DNA from: an archaeon | GTDB lineage: Archaea; Nanobdellota; Nanobdellia; Pacearchaeales; DTIR01 | Length of the DNA stretch: 64,000 nucleotides | Direction of reading: 5' to 3' | NCBI GenBank assembly: GCA_043808285.1 | Contig: JAZDFA010000012.1 | Location: forward strand, 312-64,311 | In this document: positions 36,160-44,983 of the stretch, piece by piece | How positions within the stretch are numbered: position 1 is the first letter of the stretch | Layout: the number at the start of each line of letters is the position of its first letter | Position numbers and translations under genes: made by a program | The notes under the pieces: generated by a model | The model's database searches: none | Told to the model about the DNA's origin: nothing | Seen by the model: the letters and a program-made list of their open reading frames with translations, nothing else

Positions 36160-37893
36160 ATGGCGAAGAAAAAACAGAGGACAATAGGCGACCAGCTTAA
36201 AGAAGAGGGGATGATCCAAGAACCTCAAAGAACAGATGACGAGGTTACTGTTGAGAAGAAAACAGAATTGAGCGAGCTTATTGTAAAAATAGACAGATTA
36301 GAAGGCAAGCTGGAGATGTTAAAAGAGGTTAGCGATGCCATTAATTCAAGGATTTCTGATATAAATGAGAGGATGGGAGACCTAAGAAGAATGGTCCTTG
36401 ACAGCGAGCAGGTTGTAGGAGAATTGAAAGCCAGTTTTGAGAAAGTAAAGGATATAGTAAAGGAGCTTGAGCCCCAGAAACTTGTAAGGGACTTGCAGAA
36501 ATTCGAAGGAGAGATGACAAACGGGAATGCAAAAATAGAGAAAGCAGGCATAGCTGTAGAGAATTTCAACCAGAGAATAAAGAGAATTGAAGAAGAATTT
36601 AACAAGATAAAAAGCTTTGACAATATGGTTGATGTCTTGAAAAGAATAACTGAAAAAGAAAAGGGGATAGAGGAAGCAAGGAGATATGCAGACCGGGTCG
36701 GTGCAAAAGTAGATTCAATATTCTCAGATATCAATGAAAAAGTTGCAGAGCTTACACAAGAGAGGCTTACTATTGTAAATCTAGATGAACTCTCAAATAA
36801 GATGGTAAAGGATTTAGCAGATTTGCAGTTCAAATTTAATGAGAAAACTCTAAAAAAAGATGATTTGGAGATGGTGAAGGAAACAATTGCAAAAGATATT
36901 GTAGGGATAAATCCCCTTTCTTTTGAATCCTTGAGAAAAAAGGTTTCATTGATTGAATTTCAGGCAAAAACAACTGATGAGCTAGAAGAAGAAAAGAAGA
37001 GGCTGCAACATCTGCTTGACACTGCAAAAGCTGATTTTGATGCAAAAAAACTGAGCCCAAAAAGCTACGAGGAGCTAAGGAATGCATGCCAGATAAAAAT
37101 TGCAGAGGTTGAAATTACACTTGCAAAGAAAAAAGCACCCAAGGATAAAAATGCAAAAGAGCTCAAAGAAGAGATTACAAAAGCGATTAAAGAAGAGATA
37201 ACACAAGGAAAAATAAATGAGAAAAAGGAAGAAGAGAAGAAGGAAAAAGAGCAAGAGAAAAACAAAAAACATGTAAAAGAAAAGAAAGCGATAATACATA
37301 AATTAAGAGAAGCAGTCCATAGCAGCAAGGGAAGAAGGATAAAGAAAAAGGAGATAAAAATTTCTGCCAAGAGGGAAACAACAACAAACAAAGAACTTGA
37401 ATCTCTTCTTTTAACAGAGGCAGTAGCCAAAGATGAATTGTTTAGCAAGCTAAAAGAAGTATACGCTCCTGCAAAAGAAAAAAAGAAATCCCCTCAAAAA
37501 ACAAAAAAAAGGAAGGAAGAAAATATTACACCCCTTGTAAAAATACCTATTCAGGAGGGTAATAACGAAAGGAACAAAGTAGAAGAGCATGTAGAAGAAA
37601 CACTTCTGGAAGAAGAAACAACTTCAGAAGAAGAGCAGCCAATCCAAGAAAACAAGCAGAAAGCAGAGAAAGAAGAAAAAGAAGAAAAAGAAGAAAATGA
37701 TAATTCAGGATCTCTAGAAGAAAAAGAGAAAATAGTTGAAGAATTAATGAGGGAAGCGGAAGACGATTCAAAAAAATTGGAAAATGCGCTGCATGAGATG
37801 GAGAAGAGAGATTCAGAGGTAACAGCAAGCAGCGAAAAGCGGGATAATTTCTTTGCAAGATTCAGAAAGGTTTTGGGAAAAAAGAATAAATAA
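36160..37893 (+). CDS. cytoplasmic K/E-rich coiled-coil protein with a SHOCT-like motif
   Basis: The ATG at 36160 is preceded by GAGGTG; the ORF track starts at a GTG at 36154. Long heptad-like stretches are present. AKADFDAKKLSPKSYEELRNA resembles the tails of the anchored proteins. The C-terminal half is low-complexity K/E. There is no TM helix. Confidence 0.75.
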   Translation: MAKKKQRTIGDQLKEEGMIQEPQRTDDEVTVEKKTELSELIVKIDRLEGKLEMLKEVSDAINSRISDINERMGDLRRMVLDSEQVVGELKASFEKVKDIVKELEPQKLVRDLQKFEGEMTNGNAKIEKAGIAVENFNQRIKRIEEEFNKIKSFDNMVDVLKRITEKEKGIEEARRYADRVGAKVDSIFSDINEKVAELTQERLTIVNLDELSNKMVKDLADLQFKFNEKTLKKDDLEMVKETIAKDIVGINPLSFESLRKKVSLIEFQAKTTDELEEEKKRLQHLLDTAKADFDAKKLSPKSYEELRNACQIKIAEVEITLAKKKAPKDKNAKELKEEITKAIKEEITQGKINEKKEEEKKEKEQEKNKKHVKEKKAIIHKLREAVHSSKGRRIKKKEIKISAKRETTTNKELESLLLTEAVAKDELFSKLKEVYAPAKEKKKSPQKTKKRKEENITPLVKIPIQEGNNERNKVEEHVEETLLEEETTSEEEQPIQENKQKAEKEEKEEKEENDNSGSLEEKEKIVEELMREAEDDSKKLENALHEMEKRDSEVTASSEKRDNFFARFRKVLGKKNK

Positions 37894-37900
37894 ACATCAA

Positions 37901-40900
37901 ATGAAGAATCTTGTCGTAGAAGAAAAAAGGAAAGCATTATTGCTAATTCTAGTTGCAACTATCTTTTTTCTTTCAATCAATCTTGCAAGCGCAACAGGTT
38001 GGTGGGATGCAAAATGGCAGTATAGGATTGGGGTAGAGATAAATTCAATGGCATACAGCAGGACTGACTGGCCGATAGAAATAGAGCTTAATTTTACTTC
38101 TCTCTTATCAAATTTTTCAGGATATTTTGACAGGAATTCAACAAGGCTGGAGGAATGCAATTCTTCCTGGGATGATCTTGCAGAAATAAGAAGCCAATTT
38201 GATGAGGGAGATAATTTCAATGAAACAACCAATGCAATTGGAACGTTTGTTTTTCTTATGAATGGCACAACAGAAGGAAATAACTCTAGATTTTATTACA
38301 TTTATTTTGGGACAACTGATTTAAGAAAAAGCAATATAACCTACTATTCTAATTTCTCCTATGCTGGAACGAACGAGGAGGAATTTAACGTGAATCTTAC
38401 AATCGGAAGCAAGGGGCTAAGATTTTATGGAGATACTAGAAGAGGAGAGAATTCTTCAGGACTTTACAAGGTCCAAGATAACATAGGAAATAACCTCTTT
38501 AATATCCCCCCATCAAATGAGAACACTATAGAATATATCCAATACACCAATGGGACATCAAACTTCACATTTGATTTAAGAAACAGCACCATATTTAGGC
38601 ATGCAGGGCCAATCAGAGTGGTTATAGAACAGATAGGAAATGAAACTCTCTGGAATGATTACGGCACAATATCTGAAGGAAGGATGACAAAGAAATATAC
38701 CTTCTATGCAGAAAATCAGTGGATAAAGATTGAGACTAATTTCACTAATAATGCAGCCTATACAATAAACAGAAGCTCAACTCCTTCTGGCGCGGTAGTG
38801 ATAAATATTTTAGCTGCAGGATTATACAGTGATTTGACATATGGAAATTCCTCAAATCCAGGTTCATGGTGGTGGTATCCAAATCCTCTCCCCGTAAGCA
38901 GGCATATAGGAGTAATACAGATTAACTCTTCATCAAATTTCTTTTCATCAAATAGAAGCGAGTTAGGCAGGGGGGGAATTGAACTGCCCCCTACTTCTAT
39001 CAACACAGGAGAATCAGTATGGATGAGGGCCGCATTTCATTTCAATAGCCCAGTAGATATAGGGGGCTCGCCAAGTGACATACAAATTGAGGACCTTAGA
39101 AATAGATTAACTATAGCTGAGAATGTAACACTCTTTCCTTTGGAGAGATGGGAAGCAAGAGCAGAAACCTCAGTAGACTACACAATATACAATAGGGGAG
39201 AGAATGCATTGATAACAATAAATGTGAGCTATGACTCCAGCGGGGTAGTCTCAAAACTCAACTCAAGTTTCATAACCTCTTTTGGAGACAACTACACAAT
39301 CGTATTATATGATGATGGAACTCATGGAGATGCCACTTCAGGGGACAAGAATTTTACAAATTACTTTAACATCTCCTCAACAGAGAATCTTGGGAGATGG
39401 AATGTGACTTCTTATGTATATGATTCTACAGGATTTTTTCTCAATAAGAGTTATTCTTTCTTGAATGTGACTGAAGTTTATGATATAACAACTGTTATAG
39501 GAAATCCAGTAGGGCTGACTGAAAGACAAGTGAATGTAAGCATTCATGTGAAGAATTATCGGAAAGATACATTTGTGATGAATGCATCCTTAAACTGCAG
39601 TTTTTTGGGCACATTGCTCAATATAAATCCCTGGAATGGAAACGGAACATATGAATTTAATTTTACCGCTCCAGACTATTTTGGCTTATTTATACTTAAC
39701 TGCAGTGTTAACAAGTCTGGCAATCAGGGCTCAGATATAGATTATTTCCTTACAGAATCTCCAAATACGAACTTGAACATAACCTTTGAATATGTTATAC
39801 CTGGATGGAGTGCAGACAATGTAACTCTAGAGGGAAATGAATCATTTGAACTGAAGGTTAATCTAAGCAATATAGGGAACAGCACGGCATACAACTCCAA
39901 TGTAACCTTTGCATTACCTCTGGGGTGGAGCGCAAATGAGACAATTTATTTTTTTGGCAACATATCTGTTTCAAACTCAACAACAAGAAAAGTTCTACTA
40001 ACTGTTGGAAACGGAACAGCCCCTTCAATATACCTAGTTAATGCAACAGTCAATTGGTCCAATCTTGCAGATGTGAGCAGAACAACCAATTCCTCGTTTA
40101 ATGTTACGGTCAATGCAAATCCTCTTCTAAACGTTTCAGAAGAACTTATACTTGCTATAACCCCCCCAGGACAAATAACTCCGGTAGGAAATTTCACAAT
40201 ATACTCAATAGGAAACGCAAATATCTCCCTTATAACCTATAATATCACTTCGGTAGGATGGAATAATGGAGTAAACATAACTTTCTCACCCCAAAGCATA
40301 TCAGATTTTGCAATAAGAAATTCATCAAAAGTCCAGATTAGCGTTGCAGTCCCACTCAACCATACTGGAGGATTTTTCAACGGGACTGTGAACATCAATT
40401 CCTCAACAGGGGGATTTGATAATTTGACATTAAGGATAATGATTCCATTGACTAACATGAGCATTATAGCATCCCCCGAAAATGTCACAATAACAAACAT
40501 GAGATGGTTTGAATATCGAAATTTTTCCATTTCTGTAAATGCGACAAACACAGAGTCAGCCACAGCATATAATGTCAATATAAGCGTTCAATTGCCAGCC
40601 TATTGGACAAGCGAATCAGCACTCAACACATCATCATGCGGAGATATGGGGATTAATGATGTCTGTAATGCAACATTCAGCATACTGGCAAAAAAGAGCT
40701 TGGCAGGAAATCACACATTCAATGTTACTGTGAGATGGACTAATCCTGGTGTGGGAGTAGCATCAAATACGACGATTGTAGGAGTGACAGCAAATGAAAA
40801 TCCTGAATTCTTAGTAAGCAACAGTTCAGTTGATTCTGCAAACAGGACTGCAGAGCATGGCACACAATCGCTTGTTGGCAATTTCACATTAAAATCTATA

Positions 40901-43714
40901 GGGAATGCCAATGTTCTGCTTGAAAATTATCTTGTGTTAGGATTCTCAAGTAATCTAAGCGTTACATTCAATCCAACAATAGCTCAATTTTCAATCCTAT
41001 CCCCCGGCCAAAACAGGACAATAAATGTTTATGCAAATATAACAGCAGGAACTCCTGCGGCAGAATACAATGGAACAATAAACATAACTACATTCAATAA
41101 CGGCTCGAATCTTATCACAATGAATGTTACCATTCCTTTAAACAGGTCATGGACTCTAAGCAAAGTTCCAGCAGAATGCAGCAAGGTTACATTCGAGGAT
41201 GAAGCAACTGTATGCAATATCACCATCAACAACAGGGGAAATACAAACATAAATTTCTCAATAAATGTAACCCAAACAAACTGGAATAATGTAGTGAATG
41301 TAACTTACGCAAATGAAACCTCATTTATCCTCCCCACGCAGCAATCAAAGACAATCTCTATATGGTGGAATGTTACAGGGATAGTAAAAGCATTCTATCT
41401 TACCAACTATAGTATCATTGGTTTTGGTGGCAATCCTGCAAACAGAACAATAAATGTTTCATTGCTTCCTTATTCTGCGCCAATAATCAATGCAACAACA
41501 AATAGATCGGTAGAAAAGCAGACTGGTTCTGTGATGATAATAGCAGATGTCACAGACACCTCTGGAGCTGGGATAATTCTTGCAAGAGCAATTGTAACTA
41601 ATCCTTTGGGGGAGGAATACACCACAGATATGACGTTGACAACAATTAATGACATGATATACACTTATCAATTGGAATATCCCCAAGCCTGGGCTGAATC
41701 TGACAATTATGGATATTATAATGTCAGCATTTCTGCTACAGATGGCGTTGGGATGACGGGAGCAACAAATACCTCTTTCTATCTGCATCCAGTAATGAGT
41801 GGCGTAACAAAGAGCGGATGGAATGATTACTTCCTGGGGGAATCAGGCTCTGTGTACTGCAATGTAAGTGATATTCTCGGGGGACAACTGCTCTCCAATG
41901 TCACAATCTCAGTTTACAACTCTAAAAATTTAATGCTATCCAACGGGTCATATGTTACAGGTGTGAATGGGACATTGACAACAATTCCAACATTTAACAT
42001 TCCCTCCGATGGCTCAACTGGGAATTATACTTTATCTTGCAAGGGAGATTATACTCCTCCAGTTTCAATGAGTTCTTTGCCTAATTTTGCCTCAAATTAC
42101 AGCTTTGAGGTGCATGAAAGATATAATGTAGAATTTGAAACTGCGATAGTGTGGTATCTTTCAGAGACGATAATGACATTCTATATAATGCTTTACACAG
42201 ACAACCAGATAGAAGAGCCAGACTGGATAAATTTCACAGTTTATGACCCTGCACAGCAGGTTTATTTCCAGGACCATGACAAGGCAAATTTCGGAGTAGT
42301 GTCAAGGACGAATACTAGCATAATCTACCGTTACCAGCATACAATATCTCCCACTACAGTTGCGGGATATTACTTGGCAGACCTCTCACTGCATCAGGGA
42401 AGCAGGCAGACAAAGAAAATAAAAACATTCAGATTTTCTGAAGGCGGCCCATACGACTTGGTTATATCCAGATTGCAGTCAGAAGTAGAGAGGGGAGGAA
42501 CACAAAATTTCACGATATTGCTTGAGAACATGGGAGATGTTCCTCAAGATGTTTATTTGGATTATTGGATATCCTCGCTAGATAATTCAACAATTTATGC
42601 CTCTGTATACAACCAGCCAGTTTTTGTTGATGCTGGGGCAAACAGGAGTTTTGACAGAAGTTTGAATATATATTCTGACCAGTCAGTAGGAGATTATTAC
42701 TTGCATGCAAGAATGAGGTATTCCACAATAAAACCAATGCTTCATACCCAGCAGAGTTTTAGAGTTAAAGAAGCAACACAATCTCAACCCCCAGTAATAA
42801 CTCCTTCTGGTGGCGGCGGTGGCGGGGGAGTTGTTTATCCAAGGGCAGCAGCTACAAACAGAACAAGAATAATGAATATTTTCCCTTCTGAACTATTGAT
42901 TGAAAGGGGGGGGATAGCGTATGTAATCATGGAAGTGAAGAATATTCATTCATCAGAGATATACAAGGTTTCAAGCATGTTTGGGGGAATTCCCTTTGAC
43001 TGGTTTGATACTATTAGAGAGATAGATATGCTAGAACCCGGAGCTTCAGGATATATAATAACCAAATTTAAAATTCCTTCGGATACCCAACAGAATGTAT
43101 ATCCTAGCAAGCTCAAAGTAAGCGCGATAGGAGCAGACGATTTGGCACAAGACTATAATATAGAAGTATTTGAGTCAAAAGAGGAATTGCTAAATGCCAA
43201 GATAAAGAAAGCTAGGGAACTCTTAATTGTTCTAGAAACAAAATCAGGAGAGGTTGCACAAGAGGGAGGAGATGTAACAAATGTTTTTAGGCTATTAGAG
43301 AGGGCAAACAGCCTAGTAGAAATAAGCGAAAAATATCTTGCTGAAAAAAGATTGATAGAGACAATGCAGAGTGTTGAAGAGGCATCTAATGTTTTAGAAC
43401 AGGCGAGGTATGAATTATCAATTGCAAAACCCATCAAGTCAAGGATTGTTTCAATAATCCCTGTATGGGTATATATTATAGTGGGAGTATTTGTAATTAC
43501 CTCTTCGGTTACTGTTGTGCTGCTGCGACACTTGTTCAAGAAGAAAATAGCTGAAGTGGCAAAGATTGCAACAGACAAGATTGTTGAAAAGAATGAAGAG
43601 AGCAAGGCACCCCCAACTTCAAAGGATTTGATAGACATGATAAGGGGGCAATATGAATCAGGCCACTTGTCAAAAGAGGCTTATAATGAATTAAGAAAGA
43701 GGTATTTGGCTTAG
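37901..43714 (+). CDS. giant sequon-rich surface protein (~1938 aa) with DUF2341-like N-terminus, CARDB/Ig arrays, poly-Gly hinge, TM and SHOCT-like tail
   Basis: I prefer the ATG at 37901, right after the upstream TAA; the track ORF opens at 37853. The signal peptide is ALLLILVATIFFLSINLASA. TGWWDAKWQYRIGVEI matches the W..W.YR DUF2341 start. CARDB-like segments include LSNIGNSTAYN, TIYSIGNANISL, INNRGNTNINF and LENMGDVPQDV. The hinge GGGGGGG is at 42809-42829. The TM helix is IIPVWVYIIVGVFVITSSVTVVLL and the tail is MIRGQYESGHLSKEAYNELRKRYLA. Confidence 0.9.
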   Translation: MKNLVVEEKRKALLLILVATIFFLSINLASATGWWDAKWQYRIGVEINSMAYSRTDWPIEIELNFTSLLSNFSGYFDRNSTRLEECNSSWDDLAEIRSQFDEGDNFNETTNAIGTFVFLMNGTTEGNNSRFYYIYFGTTDLRKSNITYYSNFSYAGTNEEEFNVNLTIGSKGLRFYGDTRRGENSSGLYKVQDNIGNNLFNIPPSNENTIEYIQYTNGTSNFTFDLRNSTIFRHAGPIRVVIEQIGNETLWNDYGTISEGRMTKKYTFYAENQWIKIETNFTNNAAYTINRSSTPSGAVVINILAAGLYSDLTYGNSSNPGSWWWYPNPLPVSRHIGVIQINSSSNFFSSNRSELGRGGIELPPTSINTGESVWMRAAFHFNSPVDIGGSPSDIQIEDLRNRLTIAENVTLFPLERWEARAETSVDYTIYNRGENALITINVSYDSSGVVSKLNSSFITSFGDNYTIVLYDDGTHGDATSGDKNFTNYFNISSTENLGRWNVTSYVYDSTGFFLNKSYSFLNVTEVYDITTVIGNPVGLTERQVNVSIHVKNYRKDTFVMNASLNCSFLGTLLNINPWNGNGTYEFNFTAPDYFGLFILNCSVNKSGNQGSDIDYFLTESPNTNLNITFEYVIPGWSADNVTLEGNESFELKVNLSNIGNSTAYNSNVTFALPLGWSANETIYFFGNISVSNSTTRKVLLTVGNGTAPSIYLVNATVNWSNLADVSRTTNSSFNVTVNANPLLNVSEELILAITPPGQITPVGNFTIYSIGNANISLITYNITSVGWNNGVNITFSPQSISDFAIRNSSKVQISVAVPLNHTGGFFNGTVNINSSTGGFDNLTLRIMIPLTNMSIIASPENVTITNMRWFEYRNFSISVNATNTESATAYNVNISVQLPAYWTSESALNTSSCGDMGINDVCNATFSILAKKSLAGNHTFNVTVRWTNPGVGVASNTTIVGVTANENPEFLVSNSSVDSANRTAEHGTQSLVGNFTLKSIGNANVLLENYLVLGFSSNLSVTFNPTIAQFSILSPGQNRTINVYANITAGTPAAEYNGTINITTFNNGSNLITMNVTIPLNRSWTLSKVPAECSKVTFEDEATVCNITINNRGNTNINFSINVTQTNWNNVVNVTYANETSFILPTQQSKTISIWWNVTGIVKAFYLTNYSIIGFGGNPANRTINVSLLPYSAPIINATTNRSVEKQTGSVMIIADVTDTSGAGIILARAIVTNPLGEEYTTDMTLTTINDMIYTYQLEYPQAWAESDNYGYYNVSISATDGVGMTGATNTSFYLHPVMSGVTKSGWNDYFLGESGSVYCNVSDILGGQLLSNVTISVYNSKNLMLSNGSYVTGVNGTLTTIPTFNIPSDGSTGNYTLSCKGDYTPPVSMSSLPNFASNYSFEVHERYNVEFETAIVWYLSETIMTFYIMLYTDNQIEEPDWINFTVYDPAQQVYFQDHDKANFGVVSRTNTSIIYRYQHTISPTTVAGYYLADLSLHQGSRQTKKIKTFRFSEGGPYDLVISRLQSEVERGGTQNFTILLENMGDVPQDVYLDYWISSLDNSTIYASVYNQPVFVDAGANRSFDRSLNIYSDQSVGDYYLHARMRYSTIKPMLHTQQSFRVKEATQSQPPVITPSGGGGGGGVVYPRAAATNRTRIMNIFPSELLIERGGIAYVIMEVKNIHSSEIYKVSSMFGGIPFDWFDTIREIDMLEPGASGYIITKFKIPSDTQQNVYPSKLKVSAIGADDLAQDYNIEVFESKEELLNAKIKKARELLIVLETKSGEVAQEGGDVTNVFRLLERANSLVEISEKYLAEKRLIETMQSVEEASNVLEQARYELSIAKPIKSRIVSIIPVWVYIIVGVFVITSSVTVVLLRHLFKKKIAEVAKIATDKIVEKNEESKAPPTSKDLIDMIRGQYESGHLSKEAYNELRKRYLA

Positions 43715-43779
43715 AATATTCTCTGTGAAAAATAGCTAAGTTAATTGCTTTTTTGGAACTAAACGCAAAAAGAAAAAGA

Positions 43780-43787
43780 TTTATAAA
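43780..43787 (+). promoter_or_regulatory. TATA-like box for a leaderless MNT/HEPN transcript
   Basis: tttataaa is centred ~27 nt upstream of the ATG at 43811. Confidence 0.45.
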
Positions 43788-43792
43788 CACTT

Positions 43793-43808
43793 GTTATAAT
43801 ATTATAAC
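43793..43808. promoter_or_regulatory. perfect 16-bp palindrome (candidate autoregulatory operator)
   Basis: gttataatattataac lies between the TATA-like box and the start codon of the wHTH-nucleotidyltransferase gene. Confidence 0.45.
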
Positions 43809-43810
43809 AT

Positions 43811-44335
43811 ATGTTAGATAAATATAACAGATATAAGTTATTGAAATTGTTTTTAGATTCACCTACTGACAGTTTTAGATTAAGAGAAATTGCAAGATTA
43901 ACAAAGATATCTCCTCCATCTGCTATGAATTATCTTAAGGAGTTTGAAAATGGAGGGTTAATCAAGAAGCAAATCAAGCGGGAGATACCATTCTATACTG
44001 CAATGAGGGATAGCTCAAATTTTGTGCTCTATCAAAAAATCAGCATTATTTTTGAATTAAATAATGGGGGTTTAATAGATTATTTATGGGATAAACTTTC
44101 TCCCCAAGCCATTGTTCTTTATGGAAGTTTTGCAAAAGGAGAATCAATAGAGAATTCAGATATTGATTTATTTATTCTAGGAAAAGAGAAAAAAGTAGAG
44201 ATTATTGAGTTTGAGAAGAAATTGAATAAAAAAGCTCACCTGTTGTTCAAAGAATCGCTAAAAGAAATTCCTAATGAATTGAAGAATAATATTTTAAACG
44301 GGATAATACTTAAGGGATACATAAAGGTGTTTTAA
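43811..44335 (+). CDS. wHTH + minimal nucleotidyltransferase (MNT-type antitoxin-like)
   Basis: The N-terminal wHTH is FRLREIARLTKISPPSAMNYLKEFENGGLI. The Pol-beta-type NTase motif is LYGSFAKGESIENSDIDLFILG. Confidence 0.8.
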   Translation: MLDKYNRYKLLKLFLDSPTDSFRLREIARLTKISPPSAMNYLKEFENGGLIKKQIKREIPFYTAMRDSSNFVLYQKISIIFELNNGGLIDYLWDKLSPQAIVLYGSFAKGESIENSDIDLFILGKEKKVEIIEFEKKLNKKAHLLFKESLKEIPNELKNNILNGIILKGYIKVF

Positions 44336-44369
44336 AATCATAATTAAAATAATTTCTGACAAAGAAAAA

Positions 44370-44735
44370 GTGAAATCAATTTTAGAATTAACAAGAGAAA
44401 GAGAAGATTTTGTTTCTACAATTGACCATGAAAAGTTCTCTACAAATGTCTCTGAAAATTATTATGAAATAATTAAAGAATTGGCCAATGCCTTATTGCT
44501 TTTAGATGGATTAAAAACAACAGGAGAATATGCACATAAAGACTTAATTGATTACCTGATAAATTATAAAGAATTTAGGGAATCAGATATTTTGTTTATT
44601 AATGATTTAAGGATAAAGAGAAATAATAGCGCATACGATGGCAAAAAGATTGATCCCAGCTATTTGACTAATAATAAAAATAGGATATTAGAACTGACAG
44701 AGAGATTGAAGAAGATAATTAGAAAGAAATTGTAA
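44370..44735 (+). CDS. HEPN-domain protein (partner of the MNT)
   Basis: It lies immediately downstream of the NTase gene. It is helical and carries LRIKRNNSAYDG, an R-x-x-R-N-containing HEPN-like motif with Y in place of the usual H. The start is uncertain: GTG at 44370, and the frame is open back to 44337. Confidence 0.6.
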   Translation: MKSILELTREREDFVSTIDHEKFSTNVSENYYEIIKELANALLLLDGLKTTGEYAHKDLIDYLINYKEFRESDILFINDLRIKRNNSAYDGKKIDPSYLTNNKNRILELTERLKKIIRKKL

Positions 44736-44805
44736 TAAGACTAGTATTCTCTAAAATTAACCAATAAGTTTTTTAATCACAGATACATGGATAATCAGAC
44801 AAAAA

Positions 44806-44964
44806 ATGGCAAAGTTTCAATGCACAGCCTGTAACTACGAATTTGAAGGCAGCGAGAGACCTCCAAAGAAATGTCCTTATTGCGGCAAGTTCGGGGCTGT
44901 AAAAAGAGAGAAAAGCGCAACAGAAATCCTCAATGAAGTTGATTACTTCATGAAAGGTGGATAA
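44806..44964 (+). CDS. small zinc-ribbon protein (52 aa; below the ORF-track cutoff)
   Basis: The translation is MAKFQCTACNYEFEGSERPPKKCPYCGKFGAVKREKSATEILNEVDYFMKGG. The CxxC...CxxC pattern is a typical archaeal rubredoxin-like zinc ribbon. Confidence 0.6.
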   Translation: MAKFQCTACNYEFEGSERPPKKCPYCGKFGAVKREKSATEILNEVDYFMKGG

Positions 44965-44983
44965 TTCTGGTTAAATTCTTCTG

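Noticed and set aside
2-43714. Is there a diversity-generating retroelement acting on the giant surface proteins?
   Set aside because: The window contains no reverse transcriptase gene, and I saw no template/variable repeat pair with adenine-specific mismatches.
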